Shown here: piece by piece, positions 10,420 to 19,567 of the stretch
Numbering within the stretch: position 1 is the stretch's first letter
Layout: each line of letters begins with the position of its first letter
DNA from: a virus
Length of the DNA stretch: 31,731 nt
IMG/VR virus record: IMGVR_UViG_3300032294_002612
Location: 1-31,731 of that record
Strand: one strand, 5' to 3'
The notes under the pieces: model-generated
Seen by the model: only the letters and a program-made list of their open reading frames with translations
Databases searched by the model: none
What the model was told of the DNA's origin: nothing
Program-made: the position numbers and the translations under genes

Positions 10420-11489
10420 CCACGACCTGTTAGAATCGCAACATTTGTTATGCCTTGACCGGTTGGGCGTGAATTAGTTCCACCTAAATTTAATATGCAT
10501 GCTCCATTTAATATTGGAGTTCCCGTTGTTCTTCCGGCAGCAACAAAAGATGCAAGAATCGAATTGACCGCACTAGCTCTTAATTGATTTGTTTGTGCTT
10601 GAAAGTTGCCCAATCTATTAGAAACAGAACCGCCAGCAAATCCAGTTAATTGATTTATAAAACAAACAAAAGTTTGCAAACCAGTCAGTCCACTCAGACT
10701 TGGAATAGAATCTGTGAGTTGGTTTGATTCGCAACGAAAAGTTTGCAAATTGCTCAATCCACTTAGACTTGGAATAGAACCTGTGAGTTGGTTGTCAGCG
10801 CAGCGAAAATCTCGCAAATTATTCAACCCACTTACACTTGGAATAGAACCTGTCAGTTGGTTTGATTGACAGTGAAACTCTCGCAAATTATTCAACCCGA
10901 TAAGACTCGCGATCGGACCTGTTAATTTACTTACTCCCTGTTGACTATTACAATAAAAGTTTTCCAAACTACTCAGCCCACTCAGACTTGGAATCTGCCC
11001 TGTGAGCTGGTTTTGATGGCAAGAGAAACGTCGCAAATTACTCAGCCCACTCAGACTTGGAATCTGCCCTGTGAGCTGGTTTTGATGGCAATAAAAAGTA
11101 TGTAAATTGCTCAACCCACTTAAAATTGGAATAGAGCCTGTAAGTTGGTTTATGGCGCAATGAAACAGTTGCAAATTCTCCAACCCACTTAGACTTGGAA
11201 TAGAACCTGTGTGTAAATTTATGGCGCAATTAAAAACTTCCAAACTTGTCATTCCACTTAAGGATGGAAGCGTTCCTGACACTTTATTGTCAAGATATAT
11301 TAACTCTTTGAGGTTTACATTATTTGCGTATCCGCTAATTGCTGTAATGTCATTATTATTACATGTAAATAATGTTAAATTAGGAAAAGCAGAAATATTA
11401 ACAGTTCCACCCAGTCTTGGAGAGCTTGTTCCACAGTTAATTTGTGTAACCGTTGGATTATTTTGTAAAATTAAATTAATTCCAGCCAT
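10386..11489 (-). CDS. Leucine-rich-repeat protein (plant-type LxGxIP repeats)
   Basis: About 9 regular 23-aa repeats LTGSIPSLSGLxNLxxFxCxxNQ, corresponding to 69-bp DNA repeats. Confidence 0.9.
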   Translation of the reverse strand: MAGINLILQNNPTVTQINCGTSSPRLGGTVNISAFPNLTLFTCNNNDITAISGYANNVNLKELIYLDNKVSGTLPSLSGMTSLEVFNCAINLHTGSIPSLSGLENLQLFHCAINQLTGSIPILSGLSNLHTFYCHQNQLTGQIPSLSGLSNLRRFSCHQNQLTGQIPSLSGLSSLENFYCNSQQGVSKLTGPIASLIGLNNLREFHCQSNQLTGSIPSVSGLNNLRDFRCADNQLTGSIPSLSGLSNLQTFRCESNQLTDSIPSLSGLTGLQTFVCFINQLTGFAGGSVSNRLGNFQAQTNQLRASAVNSILASFVAAGRTTGTPILNGACILNLGGTNSRPTGQGITNVAILTGRGWTVFTGINLL

Positions 11490-11490
11490 A

Positions 11491-11745
11491 TTAAGAGAAT
11501 GTTTTGTTATAGTTTACACTAGAAGTTAAGATTTGTGAACTTCCATCACCCCAATTGGCGGTGACTTGACCATTTCCAAAATGAACGTTAAAAGCGGTCA
11601 ATGTTTTACCAGATGGGTTAACAATAAAATCCCAAAATAAGCCACTAACAATAGACGTTTGTGGCCAAATTAATTTATTATTATAATAAACCTGTCTGGC
11701 TGATAATCCATTATATTTAATATCAGTGGCTTGGTCAAGTCTCAT
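11491..11745 (-). CDS. Small virion/fibre-associated protein
   Basis: VYYNNKLIWP fibre-type motif and VTANWGDGS PKD-like motif. Confidence 0.55.
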   Translation of the reverse strand: MRLDQATDIKYNGLSARQVYYNNKLIWPQTSIVSGLFWDFIVNPSGKTLTAFNVHFGNGQVTANWGDGSSQILTSSVNYNKTFS

Positions 11746-12635
11746 TATGTTAAGATATATACCACCCCGCTAATCGGAGTAATAGCATTATACTGTCCAG
11801 TAGTCATTGCACGAATTCCACTTACGTTTCCGAAGTTTTGAGTGTAACGATTATCTAATTCACCAGTTGGGGTTCGGCTAACTTCTGTGTATCCAACCCC
11901 GTTCCATACATAAATTCTTCCGTCATTATTTGTAACATAAACTCTTTGGAAATTTCCACTGGTCCCCGTAAGTGTTTCAAAATTCGTAACTGTGGAAAAA
12001 ATATCCAATGCCGTTCTTTGTGCTTGAACAGTAGCCGCAGTTAAAAGAGTTCTTCCAAATGAAGTAGAATCAGAGATTTGATTTGCGTCAATTCCTTCTC
12101 CGTTTAATATAACCCCAGTCCCATTAACTGTTGGGCGCGTATTAAAACTTGCCCCACTAGCTTTTATATTCCCAGCTACTTCTAATTTTTCAGATGGGGA
12201 ATGCGTATCAATTCCAATTTTGCCATCGTTTTTAATTATTAACCTCTCAGTTCCATCACCAGGATTTTTAGAAGTAAAAAATCTTATATCTCCACCTTGC
12301 CAATTATATTGTTCAAAATCATTATCTTGTATTCCAAAAAATACCCCTCGATCAACCCCGCTATTATTTAAAATTTCTAGCCATGTGGCGGGGCTATTTG
12401 TTTGAAGACTTAATGTATATTGAGAATTTGGATCTACGATACTATTTGCATCATTTCCAATTATTAAACGACCACTTTTTATTTGGTTTCCGGTAGTAAA
12501 AACAATATTACTAGCTGTCGAGTTAATATATCCGCTTAAAAGATTTAAATCCGCACCAGCTATTGGATCCACCTCTTGTTTTAAAGAGGGTGGGTATTCC
12601 TGCTCTGCTTTTCTAATTATGTTTTGAATGGCCAT
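11745..12635 (-). CDS. Tail-fibre-like protein
   Basis: ERLIIKNDGKIGIDTHSPSEKLEVAGNIKAS fibre repeat, TRPTVNGTGV motif and C-terminal MTTGQYNAITPISGVVYILT. Confidence 0.7.
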   Translation of the reverse strand: MAIQNIIRKAEQEYPPSLKQEVDPIAGADLNLLSGYINSTASNIVFTTGNQIKSGRLIIGNDANSIVDPNSQYTLSLQTNSPATWLEILNNSGVDRGVFFGIQDNDFEQYNWQGGDIRFFTSKNPGDGTERLIIKNDGKIGIDTHSPSEKLEVAGNIKASGASFNTRPTVNGTGVILNGEGIDANQISDSTSFGRTLLTAATVQAQRTALDIFSTVTNFETLTGTSGNFQRVYVTNNDGRIYVWNGVGYTEVSRTPTGELDNRYTQNFGNVSGIRAMTTGQYNAITPISGVVYILT

Positions 12636-12650
12636 TTAATTAATTACACT

Positions 12651-13376
12651 TTATTTTTTTAAATTTTCGAAAGATTCTATTATATAAGATAAAATTTCTG
12701 ATCTTACGATATCCTCCCGGCCAAATTCAAAAGTATGGATACCCCGTTCTTTGGCGCAATCTTTATCGAATAGTTCAAATACTTTATTAAACCCACTCTG
12801 TTTGATGTCTGATTGTTGGGCGTCTCCACAAATAAACAATGTGGAAAAATTAGCCATACGTGTCATTACTAGTAAAAAGTCCTCAACGCGACAATTTTGT
12901 GCCTCATCCATTATAAAACTGGCATTTGAAATATTTAAACCTCTCAAGAAACCCAGCGGAACGCCAACAATTCTTTCGTCCGCCATTAAAGCTTTAACAT
13001 GAGGAATGGGAAGTAATTCATTTAATTTATCAACCAATGGTTGTGTATAAGGTGACATTTTTTCTTCAGATGTGCCTTTAATATACCCAATTCCATGAAC
13101 AGAAGCTTCTACCGGAACGCGGCTGTAATATATTTCACTAGATTTTTTGTCTTTTATTTTTCTTAGCGCGCAGTAAACGGCCAAAATTGTTTTGGCGGTT
13201 CCTGCAACACCTTTAACAATAATTACTTTCGTGTTTTTATCTAGGGCTAGGTTTATAAACTCTTTTTGTTTATTTGTCCATGGTAATTCACGAATGTTTA
13301 AATCTATGGTTGTTTTTGTTTTTTTCTTCTCCGTATACGGAGAAACGTCACGAGGTTTTTCTTTTTTTGACTTCAT
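12651..13376 (-). CDS. phoH: PhoH-family ATPase
   Basis: GVAGTAKT Walker A, GFLRGLNI, IMDEAQN, GDAQQSD, DIVRSE. Confidence 0.92.
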   Translation of the reverse strand: MKSKKEKPRDVSPYTEKKKTKTTIDLNIRELPWTNKQKEFINLALDKNTKVIIVKGVAGTAKTILAVYCALRKIKDKKSSEIYYSRVPVEASVHGIGYIKGTSEEKMSPYTQPLVDKLNELLPIPHVKALMADERIVGVPLGFLRGLNISNASFIMDEAQNCRVEDFLLVMTRMANFSTLFICGDAQQSDIKQSGFNKVFELFDKDCAKERGIHTFEFGREDIVRSEILSYIIESFENLKK

Positions 13377-13481
13377 GAAAGAACACCTATATTTACACTG
13401 TATATAATCTGGACACTTTTATTTCATTCTTATTAAAAATTTTTTGAACATTTTTAAAAACCGTGAGTCTAATTTTTCACT

Positions 13482-13895
13482 ATGAATATTAATGCAACTC
13501 TTGTACCAAAAACAAATTCTTATAGTGGAACCAATTATACATGGGATCTTGTTGATACTGTAACTCGTGCATGGCCAGCTTGGGATAGCATGTTTGATAT
13601 AGTGGCAAGTCCCAAATATAGTTTTACCCAAACTATTGGCTTTAAAGATAATAAAGATTCTTTTAGTTTAGAAATTGAACTTCCACGTTTTCGTAAAGAA
13701 AATATTAAACTCTCTGCTGAAAATAATATTTTACATATTAGTGCCGAACAGGATAATCTTAAATTTTATCATTCTGTAAGTATTCCTTCAACTTTAGATA
13801 CTAATACAATTGAAGCTAAACTCGATCATGGTGTACTCACGGTTTTAGCTCAAAAAGCTGAGCAAGCTAAACAAAAAACAATTCAAATTAAATAA
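13482..13895 (+). CDS. Small heat-shock protein (Hsp20/alpha-crystallin)
   Basis: LEIELPRFRKENIKL...IEAKLDHGVLTV...KTIQIK. Confidence 0.88.
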   Translation: MNINATLVPKTNSYSGTNYTWDLVDTVTRAWPAWDSMFDIVASPKYSFTQTIGFKDNKDSFSLEIELPRFRKENIKLSAENNILHISAEQDNLKFYHSVSIPSTLDTNTIEAKLDHGVLTVLAQKAEQAKQKTIQIK

Positions 13896-13915
13896 ATTAA
13901 GATGTAAATAAATGG

Positions 13916-14314
13916 GTGCGGAATATTTTATACGCTTGCTTATCTTTAATAATAATTTTAGGTATTTTACCTAATTATTCTACTAAACCAATAGAAGAAG
14001 ATATTATATTAAATAATGGTTGTTTAATATATTCTATACAATATCAACACGCCTTAATAGCTAAAAAAATATTAGGAGATTCAGATGTTTGGGCAAAAAT
14101 ACTTTTATATAGATTGAAAGGCGCAAAATCGGGACATGCTGTTACTCTTTATGTTTATAAAAATAAAACATATGTGTACGATCCAGCCTTTGCCAGTTAT
14201 CAACTAAGTGAATTTCCAATTTATAATCCTTATAAAATAGTGCAATTGATGCACCCTTTAAGTAAAGTACTCTGGGCAGAATATGCTGAGAATGTATTAT
14301 TATATAATCCTTAA
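13916..14314 (+). CDS. Exported/membrane-anchored protein with a putative Cys-His-Asp (papain/transglutaminase-like) triad
   Basis: N-terminal hydrophobic segment; NGCLIY...GHAVTLY...YVYDP. Confidence 0.5.
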   Translation: MRNILYACLSLIIILGILPNYSTKPIEEDIILNNGCLIYSIQYQHALIAKKILGDSDVWAKILLYRLKGAKSGHAVTLYVYKNKTYVYDPAFASYQLSEFPIYNPYKIVQLMHPLSKVLWAEYAENVLLYNP

Positions 14315-14519
14315 GTAGAAAACTTATTCAAAATTATTGCCTAGCCACATTCATTAACGAGTGCGGCTGGGAAAAAACTCTGTAAGCATTGCTCCATACC
14401 CAAGAAATATAAAACTTAAATTGACCATAGTCATTATAGTAACAAATAACATCATTAATAACACCTCCTTTCATACTATATATTACAGCAGAAATGGTGC
14501 CAATCAAGTTACAATATTG

Positions 14520-16022
14520 TTACCTAGTTTCGCGCCACTGTAAACTAGCAAAAGTATTACTTGCATTAGTGCCAATTCCAGATCCAATTATAACAAAAAC
14601 ATTACTATTCGTACTATCGAAATTTTGACTAATATATCCTCTTTTTGCGCTTGATAAAGCTGCTATTTGAGATTGTGCGCTAAATTTTCCAGCACCCTGA
14701 CCGCCAGCAATGCAATATCCTGCGTCTACTAGCATTCCACTTGTAAAATTAACGCTTGTTGCACTAATATTATATTGAACAACACTTTCATCATTTGCGC
14801 TCACCCAAGTACCGCCAACTATTTGCCCTGTGCTTGGAAGTCTCCAAACCTCATAAGTTATTGCATCTGTTAAAGTGTAAATATTGGCCATGTTTGCTCT
14901 GACAACACTACGGTTTGGTTTTCCGTAATATCCAGTTTTTAATGCTATTGCGACTAAAGGAAGACGACTGGTTGTAGTTACAGATCTTGCCACTGTATTT
15001 CTTGCTGAAAAATCTACCCCTGCTTCATTGTAGCCGCCCTCACTAATAACCGTTGCACAAATTTGATCCATCGTATCTGTACCAACTGCGCTGCTATAAT
15101 TTCTAATTTCACATCTGACTGGAAGATTTGGGTTACTCCAATAAACAGTTGGTTTATTATTACTATTATAAAATTCGTGAGCAATCACACTTTCGCCATT
15201 ATGAACAAACCCAGCGCGCACTCTTCCAACCCCAAGCCATTGAAAATCTGATGTAAATAATTGAGTTTTAGTAGGGTCTAAATTAAAACTGGACGCACCA
15301 CTTCCATTACATTTATCAATGTTCCAATTGTTTTGGGCGATTCTTTCTTCCGATACAAATCCAGAAACATCACCTCTTAAAACAAGTGATAAAGTCCCAT
15401 CGCCGCTTTGTTCAAAAAAGATTCCATTATGGTCATCAAAAAGACCAATTCTTTTATTTGTGCCATTACGATATCCTGTAAAATTAAAACTTTGGAAAGT
15501 TAGTTCACTTTTACCTGGCATGTAGTGATGATACATGCGGCTTTGGTGAATGGTAAAATCATTTGCGCCAGTCCCAACTTGCAATATTGCTTTTGCTTGA
15601 TTAACATTGAATGATACAGAAGAATTCACCCCACTAGTTTTAGTTAATAGTTCTGTTTCTTCTCCATAAACATGGGAATAGTCAGCGAGGGTAAATGGAT
15701 TAGATATTCTTTGGCGACCAAATGCATCTATTTGTGCTGATTGACTTGAAAAATTAGTTACATTAACATTAACTGGATTGGTTACAGATACGCTACCAGT
15801 TACGTTTTGAACCGCTGGAAAATTCGCAACAGTGACGTTGCCCGTAACGTTACCAGTTACGTTTTGAACCGCTGGAAAATTCGCAACAGTGACGTTGCCC
15901 GTAACGTTACCAGTTACGTTTTGAACCGCTGGGAAATTGTTTACTAAAACTCCACCAATAACCGAAACTTCTACGGGTGTATTTTGGCCTTCTTGTTCGG
16001 CTTTATGTATTGTTCGGATCAC
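14520..16022 (-). CDS. Virion structural protein with N-terminal 19-aa repeats
   Basis: GTG start; DAFGRQRISNPFTL, YHHYMPGK, DFQWLGVGRVRAGF and PNLPVRCEI motifs recognised from phage structural proteins. Confidence 0.7.
   Translation of the reverse strand: MIRTIHKAEQEGQNTPVEVSVIGGVLVNNFPAVQNVTGNVTGNVTVANFPAVQNVTGNVTGNVTVANFPAVQNVTGSVSVTNPVNVNVTNFSSQSAQIDAFGRQRISNPFTLADYSHVYGEETELLTKTSGVNSSVSFNVNQAKAILQVGTGANDFTIHQSRMYHHYMPGKSELTFQSFNFTGYRNGTNKRIGLFDDHNGIFFEQSGDGTLSLVLRGDVSGFVSEERIAQNNWNIDKCNGSGASSFNLDPTKTQLFTSDFQWLGVGRVRAGFVHNGESVIAHEFYNSNNKPTVYWSNPNLPVRCEIRNYSSAVGTDTMDQICATVISEGGYNEAGVDFSARNTVARSVTTTSRLPLVAIALKTGYYGKPNRSVVRANMANIYTLTDAITYEVWRLPSTGQIVGGTWVSANDESVVQYNISATSVNFTSGMLVDAGYCIAGGQGAGKFSAQSQIAALSSAKRGYISQNFDSTNSNVFVIIGSGIGTNASNTFASLQWRETR
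15794..15938. repeat. 57-bp tandem repeat (about 2.5 copies) encoding VANFPAVQNVTGNVTGNVT
   Basis: Units start at 15794, 15851 and 15908; the first two are identical. Confidence 0.9.
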
Positions 16023-16079
16023 TTATATACCATTACACATTTTTTTATTCTTTTTTTTAATTATTAATATAATGTTTAT

Positions 16080-16238
16080 ATGAAACAGTGTCAAATGCAC
16101 ATATCCCCAGCGCCCGAATGTCTTGTTCCATGCCCAGAAGAAGCTACCGAAATACTAACATTAGGTAATCATACAGATATGTTCCTTTGTAAAGAACACT
16201 ACAAGTCTTTTAATAATCTTCATAAACAAGAAGATTAA
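16080..16238 (+). CDS. 52-aa Cys/His-rich protein
   Basis: MKQCQMHISPAPECLVPCPEEATEILTLGNHTDMFLCKEHYKSFNNLHKQED, translated manually. Confidence 0.55.
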   Translation: MKQCQMHISPAPECLVPCPEEATEILTLGNHTDMFLCKEHYKSFNNLHKQED

Positions 16239-16564
16239 ATTAAAATCTAGAAAAATAAAAACCCCGCCGAATTTTTAGATTTGATTATTATTATTTAGGC
16301 TATTTTACTCTTAAAGTTTTAAAAAAGGGTAGGGGGTGGTATATATAAAGAAATATCCACTTCTCTATATATAAGAATAAGGATATATATAGATTATAAT
16401 AGAATTATAAGATAGACTAGTTAAATTAAATTAATTAAAATAAATGATGAGGAGATTGAAATTTCACCCCCCCGGCTCTAAAAATTAAAACGCCTGTTCG
16501 AATTTTTTCAAAAATGGGGAGGGGGTATCAACAAAAATAATTTGCAGAATCGCAAAAAAATCCC

Positions 16565-16598
16565 TTGCGTTTTGCGTGATCCGTGGTAGAGTGTATAC
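16565..16598 (+). promoter_or_regulatory. Sigma70-type promoter, leaderless (first of about 18 similar ones in the right half)
   Basis: TTGCGT-16-(TGG)TAGAGT-6 nt-ATG with an A-tract upstream. Confidence 0.75.
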
Positions 16599-16781
16599 AT
16601 GAAGAAGAAATACTACACCAGCACAGAGATCATCGAATACGCCGAACAGGTCGGCGCAGTCTGCACCTTCGCCTCGCTCGGTCTGCGAGTGTTCAAAGGA
16701 TGGACGGCCAAGGGTTCTTATGAGGTCAAGTTCCATAGGGTCGAGCCTTGCGTGTGGCAGAAAAGAATCGTCAGAAAATAA
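16599..16781 (+). CDS. Hypothetical early protein
   Basis: 60 aa, own promoter. Confidence 0.7.
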   Translation: MKKKYYTSTEIIEYAEQVGAVCTFASLGLRVFKGWTAKGSYEVKFHRVEPCVWQKRIVRK

Positions 16782-16819
16782 TCCCTTGACTTTTCGCACC
16801 ACTCTGATAGATTAAATAC

Positions 16820-16999
16820 ATGAAAGAAAACACACCACAAAAAGGCCAGCTCTGGGTGAGCGGCGCAACAGTCTACCGCGTCATCCGTAACGAAGGCGAT
16901 AAGACCCACGCTCATCATCATGGTAAAATGAGCCTGTTCTACACGCGCAATCTGAAGATTGCGACCCCTTCCCAAGTCGCGGAATACTTGGGAAAATAG
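16820..16999 (+). CDS. Hypothetical 59-aa protein
   Basis: MKENTPQKGQLWVSGATVYRV...LKIATPSQVAEYLGK; promoter TTGACT-16-TAGATT-6-ATG. Confidence 0.7.
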   Translation: MKENTPQKGQLWVSGATVYRVIRNEGDKTHAHHHGKMSLFYTRNLKIATPSQVAEYLGK

Positions 17000-17035
17000 T
17001 TTGACAATCACCACAAAAACAAACAGAATAACAAC

Positions 17036-17251
17036 ATGACAAAAAAACAATTCACCGCCATCGCTCACATCTTGGGCAAGCGTCTCGCTGAAAAACAACA
17101 CGCTCCCATCGGAGAATACGAAGCTGTCGAAGTCCTCGCTTTTGACTTGGCGAAATACTTTGCCGAACAAAATCCTCGTTTCGACGAAAGTCGCTTTTTG
17201 GAAGCTGTCTCTAATCACACCCCTAACATTCCCGTGGGATCATATAAATAA
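17036..17251 (+). CDS. Conserved phage protein (NPRFDxxRF type)
   Basis: MTKKQFTAIA...FAEQNPRFDESRFLEA; TTGACA-17-CAGAAT promoter. Confidence 0.75.
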   Translation: MTKKQFTAIAHILGKRLAEKQHAPIGEYEAVEVLAFDLAKYFAEQNPRFDESRFLEAVSNHTPNIPVGSYK

Positions 17252-17254
17252 ACT

Positions 17255-17344
17255 ATGTCAATCTGGGTTCCACTCTTCTACCTGTGCATCATGCCAGCCG
17301 CTTGCGGATTCTTAATCCTCTGGGCCGATTCCAGAAAAAAATAA
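17255..17344 (+). CDS. 29-aa membrane peptide
   Basis: MSIWVPLFYLCIMPAACGFLILWADSRKK; tight operon spacing. Confidence 0.55.
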   Translation: MSIWVPLFYLCIMPAACGFLILWADSRKK

Positions 17345-17348
17345 TCAC

Positions 17349-17528
17349 ATGAAAAAATACATCACATTCGACAAGATTGCCTACGCAATGTCCCTCTCCA
17401 CATTCATCTTCATCGCCGTGACGCTTTGCGCTGCTTGCGTTGACTTGCAAGACAGAACGAACAAAAACCAAAAACAAATGCACGACGAAGTTCGCGCAAT
17501 GTTTGAGAACATCGAGAAACCTCTATGA
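17349..17528 (+). CDS. 59-aa membrane-anchored protein
   Basis: MKKYITFDKIAYAMSLSTFIFIAVTLCAACVD...; ATGA overlap with the next gene. Confidence 0.6.
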   Translation: MKKYITFDKIAYAMSLSTFIFIAVTLCAACVDLQDRTNKNQKQMHDEVRAMFENIEKPL

Positions 17529-17725
17529 TTACCCCCAACATCCAAAAGGCTCTTGAGTCAAACGGAGTCCGTTTCTTTGCAAAAGACTTTCTCATGGAAG
17601 GTATGCGGAAAGACTGCGTTGACGCCGTGCATGATGCAAAGCTCGTTTATGACTTACTGCGCGAACGCATGGAAGTCATTCTCTCACTCACTCCAACTTA
17701 TCCAGAAACAGAAACAAATGAGTAA
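17525..17725 (+). CDS. Hypothetical protein
   Basis: 66 aa, translationally coupled to the upstream gene. Confidence 0.65.
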   Translation: MITPNIQKALESNGVRFFAKDFLMEGMRKDCVDAVHDAKLVYDLLRERMEVILSLTPTYPETETNE

Positions 17726-17906
17726 AGACCAAGTCAAAGCCGTGTGCGACTTCTCGCACGATGTCATAAAAAAAGTCAAACAGTTGTTTGACATAAAGCC
17801 CCGCAAAGCCTCGCTTCTTTGTCATAGTCTCGCGCACCTGAACACCGCGACATGGCTCGAGCGCGCCGTCTGCAACGGCACAATCATGGACTACAAGCCG
17901 CGATAA
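17718..17906 (+). CDS. Hypothetical protein
   Basis: MSKDQVKAVCDF... is the probable start within track ORF 17553..17906. Confidence 0.6.
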   Translation: MSKDQVKAVCDFSHDVIKKVKQLFDIKPRKASLLCHSLAHLNTATWLERAVCNGTIMDYKPR

Positions 17907-17907
17907 T

Positions 17908-17984
17908 GTAAAGTGCTAATAATCAAGCACTTACAGCGGCGCGCCCCGCCGCGCAGCGTAAGTCGTTGAAAATGAGGCACTTAG
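17908..17984 (+). repeat. 77-bp intergenic element, copy 1
   Basis: GTAAAGTGCTAATAATCAAGCACTTAC-AGCGGCGCGCCCCGCCGCGCAGC-GTAAGTCGTTGAAAATGAGGCACTTAG. Confidence 0.95.
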
Positions 17985-18115
17985 ACAATCTGCTACGCAG
18001 ATGTCATGCCAACTTGCAGAATAAAATGCTCGTTTGAAAAAACATCAACAAAAATAATTCACACAATCGTAAAAAAATCCCTTGCTTTTTCCATGATCTG
18101 TGATAGATTGTATGT

Positions 18116-18463
18116 ATGAAAGATAAAGAAAACACCACGTTCAACGTCAACGGAACCTTCTGCACGCTCGTCGTCTCGGAAGATCGGGAGGATGATTGCA
18201 CGAAGCTTTGGCATGACCTCGTCAGCGTTGACACTGGCAAGGTCGTTGCGACCCTCGACTGGTCGCCCTACTCTTGCCCCTCTAATGAGGAGGTGCAGCA
18301 GATCATCGACCTCGGCTTGCCTAATGGCTTGCGTTGGGCTAACTCTCACCCTTCTTCTCGCTTCAACTTTGACAGCGAGATGCTCTCGCGCTACCTGTCT
18401 GGTTACGAACACGCCGAAGGCGGCAAGATCGAACTGGTCTTTCGCGTTCGCTTGGCCGCATAA
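18116..18463 (+). CDS. Hypothetical protein
   Basis: 115 aa; TTGCTT-16-TAGATT-6-ATG. Confidence 0.75.
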   Translation: MKDKENTTFNVNGTFCTLVVSEDREDDCTKLWHDLVSVDTGKVVATLDWSPYSCPSNEEVQQIIDLGLPNGLRWANSHPSSRFNFDSEMLSRYLSGYEHAEGGKIELVFRVRLAA

Positions 18464-18506
18464 AAAAACTCTTGCGTTTAACCTCAACATCACATATCCT
18501 AACAAT

Positions 18507-18797
18507 ATGAACAGCATCCACGACGACTACAACACGCAACCGCAATCCGACGAATACGCGACCGAGCACGAGGAAGTGCGCGGCACGTTCGCGGCTGAAC
18601 CCGCCAACGAGGACAACCTCACACCCGCGCAGGAGTTTGACATCCTGTTCGGCTACGCCGAGGAGCGTCACCGCAACGATCCGTGCGCGCATCCTGCGCC
18701 GGAACCCTATGATGGGTGCGAAGGCCAATGGCCTGGGGATGGGTCGGGTCTGGATGACCTCGCGGACTTGGGCGAACAGGAAGGCTGGGACAACTAA
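18507..18797 (+). CDS. Highly acidic 96-aa protein
   Basis: MNSIHDDYNTQPQSDEYATE...; TTGCGT-17-TATCCT-6-ATG. Confidence 0.75.
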   Translation: MNSIHDDYNTQPQSDEYATEHEEVRGTFAAEPANEDNLTPAQEFDILFGYAEERHRNDPCAHPAPEPYDGCEGQWPGDGSGLDDLADLGEQEGWDN

Positions 18798-18801
18798 GAT
18801 T

Positions 18802-19032
18802 ATGACACAACAAGACGGCATCATCAAGTCGCTGGAAACTCTCATCAAGCATGAGAAGACTATGCAGGCGCAGGAGTGCGACATCATCCAACTCAAAAAC
18901 CTTTTAGCGCAAGCCTTGCACACGATCACCATGCACGAGCACAAAATGAATATGCTTTGCGGCATGAACATCACGATGGCAAGCGAACTGGAAAAACTAC
19001 GCGACAAAAAGTTTTCTTTCGGAGTCAACTAA
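18802..19032 (+). CDS. Coiled-coil hypothetical protein
   Basis: MTQQDGIIKSLETL..., 76 aa. Confidence 0.65.
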   Translation: MTQQDGIIKSLETLIKHEKTMQAQECDIIQLKNLLAQALHTITMHEHKMNMLCGMNITMASELEKLRDKKFSFGVN

Positions 19033-19033
19033 C

Positions 19034-19189
19034 ATGAGCAGAATCATTATGACAATCGACACGCGCCCACTCGCGCGCGCGATTGAGCGAAGCGTTCGCA
19101 GGACAACTTGTAAGCCCTCCTTCGCCATGCGTGTCAAGAAAAAATTCGCACGTAAAGCAAAGTTTTTTTCTGGTTGGCGAGACGAGTAA
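19034..19189 (+). CDS. Basic 51-aa protein
   Basis: MSRIIMTIDTRPLARAIERSVRRTTCKPSFAMRVKKKFARKAKFFSGWRDE; its stop codon lies inside element copy 2. Confidence 0.55.
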   Translation: MSRIIMTIDTRPLARAIERSVRRTTCKPSFAMRVKKKFARKAKFFSGWRDE

Positions 19190-19262
19190 AGCGTTGAATA
19201 TCAACGACTTACGGCGGCGCGCCCCGCCGCGCGGCGTAACCCCTTGCAAATTAAGCACTTAC
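19186..19262 (+). repeat. 77-bp intergenic element, copy 2
   Basis: GTAAAGCGTTGAATATCAACGACTTAC-GGCGGCGCGCCCCGCCGCGCGGC-GTAACCCCTTGCAAATTAAGCACTTAC. Confidence 0.95.
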
Positions 19263-19373
19263 AGAATATACTGTTCAGATGCCGTGCCAAGTGTCTTGTC
19301 AAGCACAAAAAAAATATTTTTTAATTGCAAAAAAATCCCTTGCATTTTTGCGCGGCTGTGCTATTCTTTAAGC

Positions 19374-19529
19374 ATGACAGAGAAAGAAAAAGAAATCCAA
19401 GCCCTCGAGGAAAAACTCGAACAAATCGCAAACGACTTGATTGACCCCATGCTGGACGATCAAACGACCGTTTTACTGCGTGCAATGAGAAAAGTGCGCG
19501 AAAAAATAAACGCTCTCGTCGCAGAATAA
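19374..19529 (+). CDS. Coiled-coil 51-aa protein
   Basis: MTEKEKEIQALEEKL...; TTGCAT-16-TATTCT-6-ATG. Confidence 0.7.
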   Translation: MTEKEKEIQALEEKLEQIANDLIDPMLDDQTTVLLRAMRKVREKINALVAE

Positions 19530-19567
19530 TCCTTGCAACCGAACGCAAAATCACAGAAAATAAAAAT

